From the NCBI RefSeq assembly GCF_964213995.1, contig NC_135830.1, positions 14,012,001-14,076,000 on the forward strand: a stretch of 64,000 nt of DNA, read 5' to 3'. The stretch comes from Mustelus asterias (taxonomy: Eukaryota). Below are positions 63,105 to 64,000 of this stretch, piece after piece. Under the pieces are notes generated by a model that worked only from the letters and a program-made list of their open reading frames with translations, was not told where the DNA came from and made no database searches. The position numbers and the translations under genes were made by a program. Position 1 is the stretch's first letter; the number at the start of each line of letters is the position of its first letter.

Positions 63105-64000
63105 ATGTCTCCTGTCACTTTGTGTTTATTCCTCACAGCGGCTGCTCTGTTAACCGGTCAGTTCACAAGTTTCACAAAGCTGTGTTTCATATATTTACCA
63201 CACATGGCATCATCACATCGGTAACAATGGATTGATCATAAATTAACCCTCACCACTTTACCGCCACACACCCTGTGACAAACAATGGACTTGAAAACCT
63301 ATGGACAGTTGTCAGTTTCCCCTAATTGCAGGAAACGCTAGAGGGGAACTGAACCCGATAGATGGCGCCAATTGTGCATTCCAGAAATCCTATTATTCGA
63401 ATCAAATATAATCAAGTTATAATCCCAGAGATGTTGGAAATATGTTTCACTTTCGTTGCACCAAGTTATTTATCCGGCTGTTGCGCAGGGCAAAATGCAG
63501 ATTCTGTGTGATAAACGTAGTTGTTTGACATCGTTTAATTTGTTGTTACTCTGAATACTTTCAGGATATTGTGGAGGAGATTCTGTTACACAGACACCAG
63601 CTGCAGTCACAGTGAGTGAACGACGTGACGGTCAGTTGTTCTGTAACTTTACAGCTACAACCAGCGACGACCCAGCGATGAGCCAGAAAATAAGAGAAAG
63701 TGTCAACATTTTAAAATTATCTAATCTTCCCTTCTGATTTTAATACAATGCCAGCAAATCTCAAGTAACATCTTACCGGAGTTTGTCAGACTAGCTAAGT
63801 ATTTCTCAAGATTTGTACTGCAGACATTAGGCTTTCTGGTAAAATTCACGTATTCTATTCTGGTATCGTCAGTATCCCAGCGGGTCCATGGAGTTTCTGT
63901 ATCAGAAAAGTAGATACAGTGGGAACACAGAAAGATTCCGAGGGGACCGTTTCTCTGCAGAGTTTGACTTTATGAAGAGCACCATTCCGCTGAATGTGTC
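63105..64000 (+). pseudogene. TCR V segment with a ~170-bp insertion in CDR1, truncated by the window end (leader 63105-63156, exon from 63565)
   Basis: MSPVTLCLFLTAAALLT / GYCGGDSVTQTP..QLFCNFTAT [insert with TGA at 63735] ILFWYRQYP..DRFSAEF; CCAAT at ~62999. Confidence 0.82.

Overview
Eukaryotic, repeat-rich genomic DNA. The HE1-type tRNA-derived SINEs, CR1/HER1-type LINEs and V-segment sequences point to a shark or other elasmobranch. From about 22 kb to the window end lies a T-cell receptor alpha/delta-type variable (V) gene array. I read 11 V segments in mixed orientation, built as leader exon + intron + V exon + 23-bp-spacer recombination signal (RSS). Three look intact (24465+, 48066-, 50184-). 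The other eight are disrupted, and one of those runs off the window end. The first ~22 kb has no recognisable V genes: it holds CR1 LINEs, SINEs, a decayed tRNA gene cluster (9.7-13 kb), a Charlie-type hAT transposon and a 56-bp tandem array with RSS-heptamer-like motifs. One CR1 (26469-30823) is full length with both ORFs open. Most notable non-standard observations: (i) two V genes are each bracketed by an inverted copy of their own ~75-bp promoter module lying just 3' of the RSS; (ii) a CTCF-like motif recurs about 20 bp past the RSS nonamer; (iii) two retroelements inserted directly into RSSs, one duplicating the heptamer as its target site; (iv) an inverted segmental duplication with independent CR1 insertions; (v) CR1 ORF1 swapping and a propagated 3'UTR insert. 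Coordinates were read by eye; repeat boundaries are approximate.
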